Notes: generated by a model from the letters alone, not told the origin. A stretch of DNA of 64,000 bases from a candidate division TA06 bacterium 32_111 (GCA_001508335.1 LGFX01000004.1:1646-65645), one strand, 5' to 3'; shown: positions 37,840 through 46,901, counted from the first letter of the stretch. Translations and numbers: made by a program.

Positions 37840-38832
37840 GTGTTTAAATCCTTTTGTTTATACATCAATTCCAAAAATAAGAAAGAGAGGGATAAAAATT
37901 TAAACGATTTAATTTCAAATATTAGGAACTATTTTTTTAAAGTTATAAAAAATAACGATCAATTTTTGGAAATCCTTGATATACTGGAAGATGATGATAT
38001 TATTTCAGAAATTGATAATTTCATCTGTAAAGTATTTTTGGAAAAAATTGAATATTTTAAAACAAAAGCGAATGATGAAAAATCCTTTAAAAATATTTTG
38101 GTCACAATTTTTAAAAATTATATTTTTACATTAAATAAGAAGAGTGAAAAAAACAGAATTTTTCGTCTTGCAAAAACCATTTTTATTGAAAATTATAATG
38201 CTCCAAGAGATATAAAGGGATTTGATATTATAGAGATCGACGAAATAAAAAATGAACCTGAAAAAATAGTTCCTAAATTTAGAGGTAACAAGCAAATCTG
38301 CTCTAAAAAGGATATGAAAAAATTTATAGAATATCTTTTTTGGGTAAAAAAAGGAAAGTTAAGTATAAATGATGTTGTTAGGGAGATTGACAACTCTCCT
38401 ATAATAGTTTCTTATGATGAGATTACAAACAAATTCAAAGTAAATTCCAATGAAGATCAGGAAAAAGAATCTGAAACAAACGAATCTTTTTCTAAAATCG
38501 ATGAATCAGAAGACTTAGAAGATAAAATATTTAAAGAGGAAATATTAAATGATAATATATTGGACGTTAATTTGGTTAATGAATTCAACAAACTTTTCAA
38601 AAATAAAAAAGAAAGGATAATACTGTTTTATCACTTTTTAAATGAAAGTAAGATAAATGAGATTTCCCAAAATTTTGATATAACTCCTCAAAATATTATA
38701 TATTACAAAAATGTTATCTCGAATAAGATCAAAAAATTCGTTGAAAAAAATCAACTTTCAAAAGAGCAGATTATAGAAATTTTGAATAGTTTCAAAAAAA
38801 ATTTTGAATTTTATGAAGAAAATGACATTTGA
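37840..38832 (+). CDS. Sigma-70/ECF-like protein with a long acidic insert (CRISPR-associated candidate transcription factor)
   Basis: The C-terminus KERIILFYHFLNESKINEISQNFDITPQNIIYYKNVISNKIKKF looks like a sigma region 4 HTH. SFKNILVTIFKNYIFTLNKK resembles region 2. About 170 aa lie between them, including the acidic run NEDQEKESETNESFSKIDESEDLEDK. It has a GTG start. Confidence 0.45.
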   Translation: MFKSFCLYINSKNKKERDKNLNDLISNIRNYFFKVIKNNDQFLEILDILEDDDIISEIDNFICKVFLEKIEYFKTKANDEKSFKNILVTIFKNYIFTLNKKSEKNRIFRLAKTIFIENYNAPRDIKGFDIIEIDEIKNEPEKIVPKFRGNKQICSKKDMKKFIEYLFWVKKGKLSINDVVREIDNSPIIVSYDEITNKFKVNSNEDQEKESETNESFSKIDESEDLEDKIFKEEILNDNILDVNLVNEFNKLFKNKKERIILFYHFLNESKINEISQNFDITPQNIIYYKNVISNKIKKFVEKNQLSKEQIIEILNSFKKNFEFYEENDI

Positions 38833-38850
38833 TATAGATAGAGGTGAAAA

Positions 38851-39690
38851 ATGACTATGTTTGTTGAAATAACTGATTTTGAAAAATATATACTAAGCAA
38901 ATCTGGATACTCTTTTAAATTTGATAAAAATAAAAGTGAAATTTATGAAAAAAAGATGATAAATATCCTAAAAAAATATTATACAGGTAATGTAAAAGTG
39001 AAAGAAAATAGCCTCTATTCAATTTACAACCCACTTTTAGAATCGAAACCAGCCCATCTTATCTTTGTAAGAGAAATTTTAAATGATAAGGTTTTAATAC
39101 ATCCAGAAAGTGAGATCAAACAAGGAATTTCCGTATATTCAAAAAAATTAAAAATGAATTTAATTTTGGATTCAAATTTTATAGAATTACCATTAATCGC
39201 TTTAAAAAATGCTATATTTATTGAAACTTTAAAAATTCCGAGATTTAATACTGCGGTTCTAATTTGTGATATATTCAAAAAAGTTGACGATGATAATTTT
39301 TCTTTAATTTCTCCTTTTCTACATTTAAAAGAGATAGCAGAGAACTTAACACAACATAAAGAGTTTTTATGGGAAATACCTTATTTTATAACAAGACCAA
39401 TCTTTACTGCTAAATTAAAAAGAACAAGTAAAAACCTTATTTTAAGTAAATTATCGGAACTTCAAAATTTTAAAGAGATAAAATTTAATGATGGAAGTAT
39501 TATATTGCTTAGTCATGAAGATGAAAAAGTAAAATATGAGATTATTAAAGGGAAATTCAAAATAAACGGAAAGGAATCAAAGCAAAAAGGCGAGATATTT
39601 GCTTTGCATGATAAAAGTTCAAAAATTATCAGAATCGAATCCGTAAAAAGTGGAGAGAATATAGATGTTAAAATTAGAGTTGGCGAATGA
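38851..39690 (+). CDS. Hypothetical 279-aa soluble protein (candidate anti-sigma or protease substrate)
   Basis: The ORF has RBS GAGGTG upstream. I recognise no motifs and no TM segments. It lies 18 nt after the sigma-like gene and overlaps the Lon-like/TPR gene by 26 nt. Confidence 0.4.
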   Translation: MTMFVEITDFEKYILSKSGYSFKFDKNKSEIYEKKMINILKKYYTGNVKVKENSLYSIYNPLLESKPAHLIFVREILNDKVLIHPESEIKQGISVYSKKLKMNLILDSNFIELPLIALKNAIFIETLKIPRFNTAVLICDIFKKVDDDNFSLISPFLHLKEIAENLTQHKEFLWEIPYFITRPIFTAKLKRTSKNLILSKLSELQNFKEIKFNDGSIILLSHEDEKVKYEIIKGKFKINGKESKQKGEIFALHDKSSKIIRIESVKSGENIDVKIRVGE

Positions 39691-41410
39691 AGAATATTTA
39701 CACTATCTTATAAATTATAATAACTTTAATCATGCTCAATCTGTTATTAAAAAACTTATATTGAATTCAAAAACAGATAAAGTAATAAATAAACTTAAAG
39801 AGATTGAAGAAATACTTAAAAAATCAAAAGAGATTACAACAAAAATATTTGCACCTATAGTTGTAAGTAATAATGGAAATGAATATCCATTTCTTTTCCC
39901 GATAGAATTATATTATAAGAACAATGAAACAGTTTTGTATGGCAAGGATATATCACAGATTATAAAAAAGGCTGTTATTGTTGTTGAAAATTATTTTGCA
40001 GAAAAGGGAATAATTGTTGATTTAAACCCAAACAAATTTTATTTAAACAACTTAGAAGAGATTGAAAATATTTTCGTTCTGGATTGTAACTCTATGGAAT
40101 TATCTGTTGCTGTTGCTCTTTATTTTTTAATTTTAAACAAAAATCCAGAGAAAATATTGTGTTTAACTGGTGGACTTGATTTCAACGGAAATATTTTAAA
40201 TGTTGATAACATAGAGCAAAAAAAATTCGCAGTAAAAAGCGAATTTAAAGATGGTTTTTTGTTTTCAAGTAATGAAAATATTAATATTAAAACTTTTTCA
40301 AATTTCGTAAAAAATGTTCTTAAACCAAAAGATGAAATTGTTGACAGCAAATTTTTGGGAAACAGTAATAGAATGATGACCATTGCAGATATGTATTTTT
40401 TAAAAGGTGATTTTGAAAATTATCTTCCAATTTATAAGAATTTAGAATTGTATCTTACAAACAAAAAAGATGTTAAATCAAAAAATATTTTGTTCATAAC
40501 TCTAATGAGATTAGGTTGGCATTATAGTCATTCTGGTGATTTAAAAAAGGCTGGAATTTACTATGAAAAGGCAAACAAGTTAAAAATGAATTTGAAAAAT
40601 GAAAATATATTTGAATATAACAGTGATTCTATAGAATTTAACAATGTCTATGCTGTTTATTTAAAAGATGTATATGAGTATCAAAAAGGTTTAAAAATAC
40701 TTAAAGAGAATTTGAGAGAAAAAAATAACTCAGGCAGACATATTTTGATATCAACAAGAGGCACTCTTGCTCAATACTATATTCATAGTAAAAATTATAA
40801 AAATGCAAAACAATATTTACAAAATAATTTATTGGAATGTAAAAAATATATGTTATCAGATGTATCAAGAACTTATTGTTATCTTGCAAAACTTTCAACT
40901 TTAACAAGAGATTTTAAAAACTCGAAAAAATATATTATTTTAGCAAAAAAGTACACAAAGTATACAAATGAAAAGATACAAAAAATATTTATAGATTTTG
41001 AAGAATTAAGATTGTACTCTTATATGGAAAATACAAAAAAATGTAAAGAACTACTAAATAAATTAAAAAAAGATTCTGAATATACACCATTTGTTTACAT
41101 GTATTTTCTTGGAATAGAACTTTTAGCTAATTCCTATTTAATGAAAGATAAAGAGAAATCAAAAAACTTGATGCTAAAGTTCTTTTTATCTATGAAAGCA
41201 CAAAAAAAAGAAGATTATTTATTATTTGGAATAAGAGGTTTGATTAATTATTACTTAACTTACAAAGATTTTGATGTTTATTCAATAATCGAAGAAAATT
41301 TAAAAAATTTAAAGATGTTTAAACAATATTTTCAAAAGTATCTTGTTTTAGACTTAAAAAATAACATAAAATCTTTAAAAGAAATGATGGAGAGTATAAA
41401 CTTAATATGA
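39665..41410 (+). CDS. Lon-like (S16-type Ser-Lys) protease domain fused to a C-terminal TPR array, CRISPR-associated
   Basis: Residues ~135-200 read VLDCNSMELSVAVALYFLILNKNPEKILCLTGGLDFNGNILNVDNIEQKKFAVKSEFKDGFLFSSNE. This parallels the Lon proteolytic core (DGPSAG...MTGEITLRG.VL.IGGLKEKLLAA). Residues ~240-581 carry repeated TPR-like signatures (GDLKKAGIYYEKANKL, KNYKNAKQYLQNNL, RDFKNSKKYIILAKKY). An ATGA overlap joins it to cas6. Confidence 0.55.
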   Translation: MLKLELANEEYLHYLINYNNFNHAQSVIKKLILNSKTDKVINKLKEIEEILKKSKEITTKIFAPIVVSNNGNEYPFLFPIELYYKNNETVLYGKDISQIIKKAVIVVENYFAEKGIIVDLNPNKFYLNNLEEIENIFVLDCNSMELSVAVALYFLILNKNPEKILCLTGGLDFNGNILNVDNIEQKKFAVKSEFKDGFLFSSNENINIKTFSNFVKNVLKPKDEIVDSKFLGNSNRMMTIADMYFLKGDFENYLPIYKNLELYLTNKKDVKSKNILFITLMRLGWHYSHSGDLKKAGIYYEKANKLKMNLKNENIFEYNSDSIEFNNVYAVYLKDVYEYQKGLKILKENLREKNNSGRHILISTRGTLAQYYIHSKNYKNAKQYLQNNLLECKKYMLSDVSRTYCYLAKLSTLTRDFKNSKKYIILAKKYTKYTNEKIQKIFIDFEELRLYSYMENTKKCKELLNKLKKDSEYTPFVYMYFLGIELLANSYLMKDKEKSKNLMLKFFLSMKAQKKEDYLLFGIRGLINYYLTYKDFDVYSIIEENLKNLKMFKQYFQKYLVLDLKNNIKSLKEMMESINLI

Positions 41411-42135
41411 GATTGGAAGTAGTTTTAATAAACGAGGGGATTAAATCCATACCTTTGAATTACCAGTATTATTTGACTTCTGCTATTTATAAAGCATTGG
41501 GAGAGAGTGATAAAGAAATTGCAGAAAAAATTCATGATGAAGGTTTTGGAGATAAAAAAGGGTTCAAATTTTTTACCTATTCTTTTTTGAAAGGTGATAT
41601 TTTTAAAGTAAAAGATAATGATCTTTATATGGAAGAAGGTATTTTTAAATGGTTTATTTCATCTCCAATACATTCTTTAATTAAAATGATATATGAAAGT
41701 TTTTCAAAAGATGGATTTGTTGAAATAAAGCATGAAAAATTTAAAATTGAAAGGCTATCATTTAAAGGTAATCCTTCTTTTAGAAAAGAGGAAGAATTCA
41801 TCTGTAATTCACCAGTAGTTGTTACAAAACAGTATGAAAATGGCAGAGTGGAGTACCTTTTTAGAGTTGATGATGAATTCAATATTAGAATCAATAATAA
41901 TTTAGCAAGAAAATATGAGATTCTTTTTGGTGAAAAATATGAAGGTGATGGAATAAAAGTTATTTCTAAAAAACAATATCCTATGACCAAACTTGTAAAA
42001 TATAAAAATATAAAAATAAAAGGAATTTATGACAATTTAATGATTGTTGGGGATACCGATTTGATACACTTAGCCTATGATACTGGTTTAGGAGAAAAAA
42101 ATTCTATGGGTTTTGGAATGATTGAAAAAAAATAA
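41407..42135 (+). CDS. cas6: Cas6 CRISPR repeat endoribonuclease
   Basis: A 242-aa RAMP protein with the C-terminal glycine-rich loop GLGEKNSMGFGMIE. Its position upstream of cas10 is typical. Confidence 0.85.
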   Translation: MRLEVVLINEGIKSIPLNYQYYLTSAIYKALGESDKEIAEKIHDEGFGDKKGFKFFTYSFLKGDIFKVKDNDLYMEEGIFKWFISSPIHSLIKMIYESFSKDGFVEIKHEKFKIERLSFKGNPSFRKEEEFICNSPVVVTKQYENGRVEYLFRVDDEFNIRINNNLARKYEILFGEKYEGDGIKVISKKQYPMTKLVKYKNIKIKGIYDNLMIVGDTDLIHLAYDTGLGEKNSMGFGMIEKK

Positions 42136-42151
42136 TTTTATAGGAGTAAAT

Positions 42152-44560
42152 ATGAATAAAAAAGTTATTTATATTAGCTCATTGCTTCATGACTTAGGTA
42201 AGTTTTTGGAAAGAAGTAAACAGTACGTAAATAATTATATCAAAAATAAGTATTCTGATATTAGGTATTCTCATCCACGTTACTCCAAATTTTTTGTTGA
42301 ACAACTTTCCAAAAAAATAGATTGGTTATCAATAGAAGAATGGGAAAATATCTCTAAAATTGTTGGTTACCATCATCAACCTAATGATTTTGATACAAAA
42401 ATTATCCAATTAGCAGATTGGTTAGCTTCAGCAGAAAGAGAAGAACAAGAATTAGAAGAATTTAATTATATTAATGATAAATTAGAATCGATTTTTTCTA
42501 ATATGTCTGATTACAATGAACAATATGAATACGATATATCTGTTTTAAATTTTGATAATATGATGCCAATGTTTGAATTTAATTGCGAAATTAATAGATA
42601 TATTGATATTTTATCAAAATTTTTAGAAGATATTGGAAAAGTTAGGGATGAAGAAGAAGTTTTGTTTATCCTTGAAAAATATTGTTCTTATATACCAGCT
42701 CAAACTCGGCAATACAGATCAGATATTTCATTATATGATCATAGTAAGTTAACAGCTGCTATCGCAATATGCTTGTTTAATGAAAATAAAAATGGTTTTA
42801 TCGATAATGCTAAAATAGATAAAATTATTCAAGAATTACAAAAAATGATGGAATTTAAGAAATTTAATAAGGATCAAGATAATTCTGATTTTAAAGAAAA
42901 TCTTTTAACATATTTAGAGGATAAACTACTAGATGAACATTTTATTTTGATTAAAGGTGATATTTCCGGAATACAAAAATTTATTTTTAATGTCCCATCC
43001 AAAAAGGCTGCAAAAAGTTTAAAAGGTAGATCGATATATATTATGCTTCTTACTCAATTAATAGCACAATATATTATTGATCAACTTAATTTAACGAAAA
43101 GTAATATTTTATATTGTGGTGGAGGTAATTTTTATATACTTTCACATAAAAGTGCAGAAAATAAATTAAAAGAAATAGAAAAAAGAATTATGCAGTTACT
43201 TTTTAAACACCATGAAGAAAAGTTGTCTTGTAATATCGGTTATGTTTCAATGAAAATAGGGGATTTTTTGTTGTCTGAAAAAATTTGGAAGGAAAGTTCA
43301 AATGAAGTAAATAGAAAAAAATTGACAAAATTTAATTACATTTTAAAAGAAGATTTTAATAAATTATTTTTACCAACTGATATATCAAAATCTATTCAAA
43401 CTTGTGATATTTGTAAAATGGAAATAAAAGAAAAATCAACAGAAAAAGAAAGTGATTCATTAGAAATTGTTCTTTGTGATATGTGCAATTCTTTTATTTC
43501 TTTAGCTGATGAATCAAAGAATGCAAAAAGTATAATTATTTCAAAAAAGACAAATTCTGAAGATAACAAGAATACTTATAAGAGTATTTTTAATGAACTT
43601 GGATATGATATAAAATTTTCAAATGATTCTCATTCATCTTCTAATCTAATTAACGTCTATAAAATAAATGATTTTGATTCTAACAAATGGATTTTAGGTT
43701 CTTTTTATTTACCTAATAAAACTTTTGATGATCTTGCGGATAAAAATAAAATCGCATATTTAAAGCTCGATGTTGATAATTTGGGTACTATTTTTGGAAA
43801 AGTTAAAAATCCTTCACTTTCAAGAATCTCGACCCTAAGCAGACAATTAAATCTATTTTTTGAGTACTATTTAATAAAACTTGTAGAAAAAGAAAACCTA
43901 CAAGAAGATTTATATATAGTGTTTTCCGGTGGTGATGATGTGTTGGTAATAGGTCGATTAAAAAAATTGTTTGATTTTTCCTTAAAACTCAGAGAAAAAT
44001 TTAAAATTTTCACGGCTGAAAACCCAAATTTAACTTTTTCTGCTGCATTAGGAGTATTTGATGTTGACTTTCCAGTAATAAATGCAATTTACGAGATGGA
44101 ACATTTATTGAAAAAATCAAAATCCATTATTTACTATGATGAAAAGGATACAATCAAAATTCCACGAAAGAATAAAATTACTATTTTTAATCAGCCATTT
44201 TCATGGAAAGAACTTGAATATATTAAAGAATTGTATGATAAATTGTACAATTTTATTGATCAAAATAAAGAAAATAAAAGAAGTATCCTTAGAAAAATAC
44301 TATTAGCCTCAGAGAAATACAATCCTCTAATAGATGGTCCAAAAGGAAATGAAATCAACAATCAGAAAATATGGAAAATGAGATATTATCTTCGTAATAT
44401 AAAAGACAAAAAAAACCTAAAGCAGAAAGAAGAAATTATTGATATATATGAAAAAATGTGGTTGAAAAATTATTATTTTTCAGATGAAAAACCAATAAAA
44501 AATCATCAAATTTTAAATGTTGCAGCTAAAATACTTGACCTTGAAATAAGAAAAAAATAA
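42152..44560 (+). CDS. cas10: Cas10/Csm1, type III-A large subunit (HD and GGDD motifs intact)
   Basis: HD domain SSLLHDLGKF...YHH. Zinc-finger cysteines CDICK...CDMCNSF. Palm/cyclase motif YIVFSGGDDVLVIG. I prefer the ATG at 42152 (RBS TAGGAG) to the TTG at 42122, which lies inside cas6. Confidence 0.92.
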   Translation: MNKKVIYISSLLHDLGKFLERSKQYVNNYIKNKYSDIRYSHPRYSKFFVEQLSKKIDWLSIEEWENISKIVGYHHQPNDFDTKIIQLADWLASAEREEQELEEFNYINDKLESIFSNMSDYNEQYEYDISVLNFDNMMPMFEFNCEINRYIDILSKFLEDIGKVRDEEEVLFILEKYCSYIPAQTRQYRSDISLYDHSKLTAAIAICLFNENKNGFIDNAKIDKIIQELQKMMEFKKFNKDQDNSDFKENLLTYLEDKLLDEHFILIKGDISGIQKFIFNVPSKKAAKSLKGRSIYIMLLTQLIAQYIIDQLNLTKSNILYCGGGNFYILSHKSAENKLKEIEKRIMQLLFKHHEEKLSCNIGYVSMKIGDFLLSEKIWKESSNEVNRKKLTKFNYILKEDFNKLFLPTDISKSIQTCDICKMEIKEKSTEKESDSLEIVLCDMCNSFISLADESKNAKSIIISKKTNSEDNKNTYKSIFNELGYDIKFSNDSHSSSNLINVYKINDFDSNKWILGSFYLPNKTFDDLADKNKIAYLKLDVDNLGTIFGKVKNPSLSRISTLSRQLNLFFEYYLIKLVEKENLQEDLYIVFSGGDDVLVIGRLKKLFDFSLKLREKFKIFTAENPNLTFSAALGVFDVDFPVINAIYEMEHLLKKSKSIIYYDEKDTIKIPRKNKITIFNQPFSWKELEYIKELYDKLYNFIDQNKENKRSILRKILLASEKYNPLIDGPKGNEINNQKIWKMRYYLRNIKDKKNLKQKEEIIDIYEKMWLKNYYFSDEKPIKNHQILNVAAKILDLEIRKK

Positions 44561-44570
44561 GGAGGAAAAA

Positions 44571-45122
44571 ATGTTAAAAGGAGTAGTAAAAACTATCAAA
44601 GATACAGGTTATGCTATTGTAACAAGTGAAAATGCAGATTATTTTTGCCGTGCTTATTTAGTTAGATCTAATAATTTGAGTGAAGGTGACCAAATAGAAT
44701 TTGAATTTCAAGAGAATAACAAACCAGGGGAAAAACCATCAATTACTAATTTAAGAATTATTTCTAAAGCTCCACGAAAAGAAAATGTTTATGATTATGC
44801 ACTAATAATTGATAAATTATCAGCAGAACAATATGATAAATTTTGTAACCTAATGAGAAGGTATGTTAAAAGTGATGATTTTAGAAAAATAACAACAAGT
44901 AAATTAAGGAATATATACAATTTGGTTAAAAAGGTGACAGATAAAAAAGGATGCAAAATGATTAGACCTAAAATAGCTTACTTAAAGGGAAGAGAACCTG
45001 ATACAAAGAAATTTATGGAAGATTTAGATAATCTTATTTCTAAAATTGATTCAAAAGAAGAAGTAAAAAGTTTTAAGGAATTTTTTGAAGCTCTTATTTG
45101 TTATGCAAAAGAAATAGAATAA
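44571..45122 (+). CDS. csm2: Csm2 (Cas11 small subunit) with an N-terminal cold-shock/OB-like extension
   Basis: The C-terminal ~115 aa are Csm2-like (ITTSKLRNIYNLVKKV...IRPKIAYLKGREP...FKEFFEALICYAKE). The N-terminal ~65 aa follow a CSD pattern (GVVKTIKDTGYAIVTSENADYFCRAYLV...LSEGDQIEFEF...ITNL). Confidence 0.75.
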   Translation: MLKGVVKTIKDTGYAIVTSENADYFCRAYLVRSNNLSEGDQIEFEFQENNKPGEKPSITNLRIISKAPRKENVYDYALIIDKLSAEQYDKFCNLMRRYVKSDDFRKITTSKLRNIYNLVKKVTDKKGCKMIRPKIAYLKGREPDTKKFMEDLDNLISKIDSKEEVKSFKEFFEALICYAKEIE

Positions 45123-45133
45123 GGAGGTAATAA

Positions 45134-45880
45134 ATGAAATTAATTAAAAAAGTTTTCATTGAAGGTAAAATTCAACTTTTAACAGGATTACATATTGGAG
45201 GTTCGTCAACTGCTTTCGATATAGGTGGAATAGATTCGAATGTTATAAAAACTTCGAATGGGATTCCTTATATACCAGGTTCATCAATAAAAGGAAAAAT
45301 GAGATCTTTAATGGAAATGAAAATGTCTAAATTTACACAAGAAACAGGAAAAGTTGATAGTAATAATAAGGAAAATTCATCAAAAGAAATCCAGAATATA
45401 TTTGGTTCAATGGCTGGTGGAAATACTATCACTAGATTAATTGTAAGAGATTCATTTTTAGATAAAGAAACTTTAGAAGCAATGATAGAAAAAGAGGGAG
45501 AGTTTAATCAATTAGAATTAGAATATACAGAAGTTAAATGGGAAAATACTATAGACAGATTGACTGCAAAAGCAAATCCAAGACAGTTAGAAAGAATTCC
45601 AGCTGGAGCGAAATTTGATTTTTCATTTGTATTTACAATGTATGATGAAAATGATAAATCTCTTCTAAAATATCTCTTTGAAGCTATGATGTTACTTGAA
45701 GATGATTATTTGGGTGGTTCAGGAACAAGGGGGTATGGTAGAATTTGCTTTAAAGACATAAAAGTTTCAGAGAAAACTGCTAAAGATTACGAAGAAATAA
45801 AGCCTGAAAAATTGTTAAAATATGAAGCACCAACATTAAAGGAATTAGTTAAATTGGTGGTCAATTATGAAGATAAATAA
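45134..45880 (+). CDS. csm3: Csm3 (Cas7 backbone RAMP, target-RNA cleaving subunit)
   Basis: GLHIGGSSTAFDIGGIDSNVIKTSNGIPYIPGSSIKGKMRSL and the C-terminal motif GGSGTRGYGRI. Confidence 0.92.
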   Translation: MKLIKKVFIEGKIQLLTGLHIGGSSTAFDIGGIDSNVIKTSNGIPYIPGSSIKGKMRSLMEMKMSKFTQETGKVDSNNKENSSKEIQNIFGSMAGGNTITRLIVRDSFLDKETLEAMIEKEGEFNQLELEYTEVKWENTIDRLTAKANPRQLERIPAGAKFDFSFVFTMYDENDKSLLKYLFEAMMLLEDDYLGGSGTRGYGRICFKDIKVSEKTAKDYEEIKPEKLLKYEAPTLKELVKLVVNYEDK

Positions 45881-46901
45881 ATTAATTGTTCCATTAAATA
45901 ATTCTTACTATGTTAATGAATTACCTATTCACTCTACAACTTTATTTGGAGCTTTAGCAAATTGCTATGTTAAATTGTATGGAGAAAATAGCTTTAATGA
46001 TTTTCTTGCGATTTTTGAGGGCAATGATGCAAAAATATCGTCAGTTTTTCCATTTATTAGAACAAAAGAAAAGGATTTACTGTTTTTTCCAAGACCCTTA
46101 ATCCCTTACAGATCAAAAGATCGAGAGAACACCAATATAAACAGAAAAAAACTGGATTCTATAAAATGGGTTTCTATGGGTGTTTTAACTAAATTATCAG
46201 AAAAAATAATAAAAATCAATGGTCAATTATATCATGAATTTGATTATCTAAATGAATGTGATTCTTTAAGTGATAATTTTCTAATTTTACAAGATGAACT
46301 CTCAAAAAATGATAAAGAGGAAATTAATAATAATTTGAAAATTGAAGAAAATGTTAAAACAAATGTATTAACAAATAGAATTGGCTTAGAAAATAATATG
46401 CCTTTTAAAATTAAATGCTATAGATTTGTAAATAGCAATGAACTTTCAAAAAAATATTCAATCAATATGTTTTTTTTAGAAGAATGGATTGAAGAAGATA
46501 AAAAATGGATCGCATCAAAAAACTTACTTATAGATGAAGGTCTTGGAGGAAAAAAATATATTGGAGGGGGACATTTTATAGATATTACGACAACAGAATT
46601 TGCAATTGAAAAAGATGAAAATAATGAATATGGAATATTATGCTCTGCTTTTATTCCAAGTGATGTTTTATGTTTAGATAAAATCGTATACTATGATTTA
46701 GGATACGACAGTGGATATATTACATATTTTTTACCAACTAAAATGAAGAAAAGCAAACTTTATTATTTCAAGGAGGGATCAGTAGTTAAAAATGGTATAA
46801 AAGGTAGTTTGATAAAACAAAATTATTATAATAAAAAAATTGTTAGATATGGAAAAGAATATATATTACCTTTAGGAGGTAAAATCAATGAAAAAGTATA
46901 A
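45867..46901 (+). CDS. csm4: Csm4 (Cas5-family RAMP)
   Basis: N-terminal STTLFGALANCY and the glycine-rich loop DEGLGGKKYIGGGHF. The gene order supports the call. Confidence 0.85.
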   Translation: MKINKLIVPLNNSYYVNELPIHSTTLFGALANCYVKLYGENSFNDFLAIFEGNDAKISSVFPFIRTKEKDLLFFPRPLIPYRSKDRENTNINRKKLDSIKWVSMGVLTKLSEKIIKINGQLYHEFDYLNECDSLSDNFLILQDELSKNDKEEINNNLKIEENVKTNVLTNRIGLENNMPFKIKCYRFVNSNELSKKYSINMFFLEEWIEEDKKWIASKNLLIDEGLGGKKYIGGGHFIDITTTEFAIEKDENNEYGILCSAFIPSDVLCLDKIVYYDLGYDSGYITYFLPTKMKKSKLYYFKEGSVVKNGIKGSLIKQNYYNKKIVRYGKEYILPLGGKINEKV

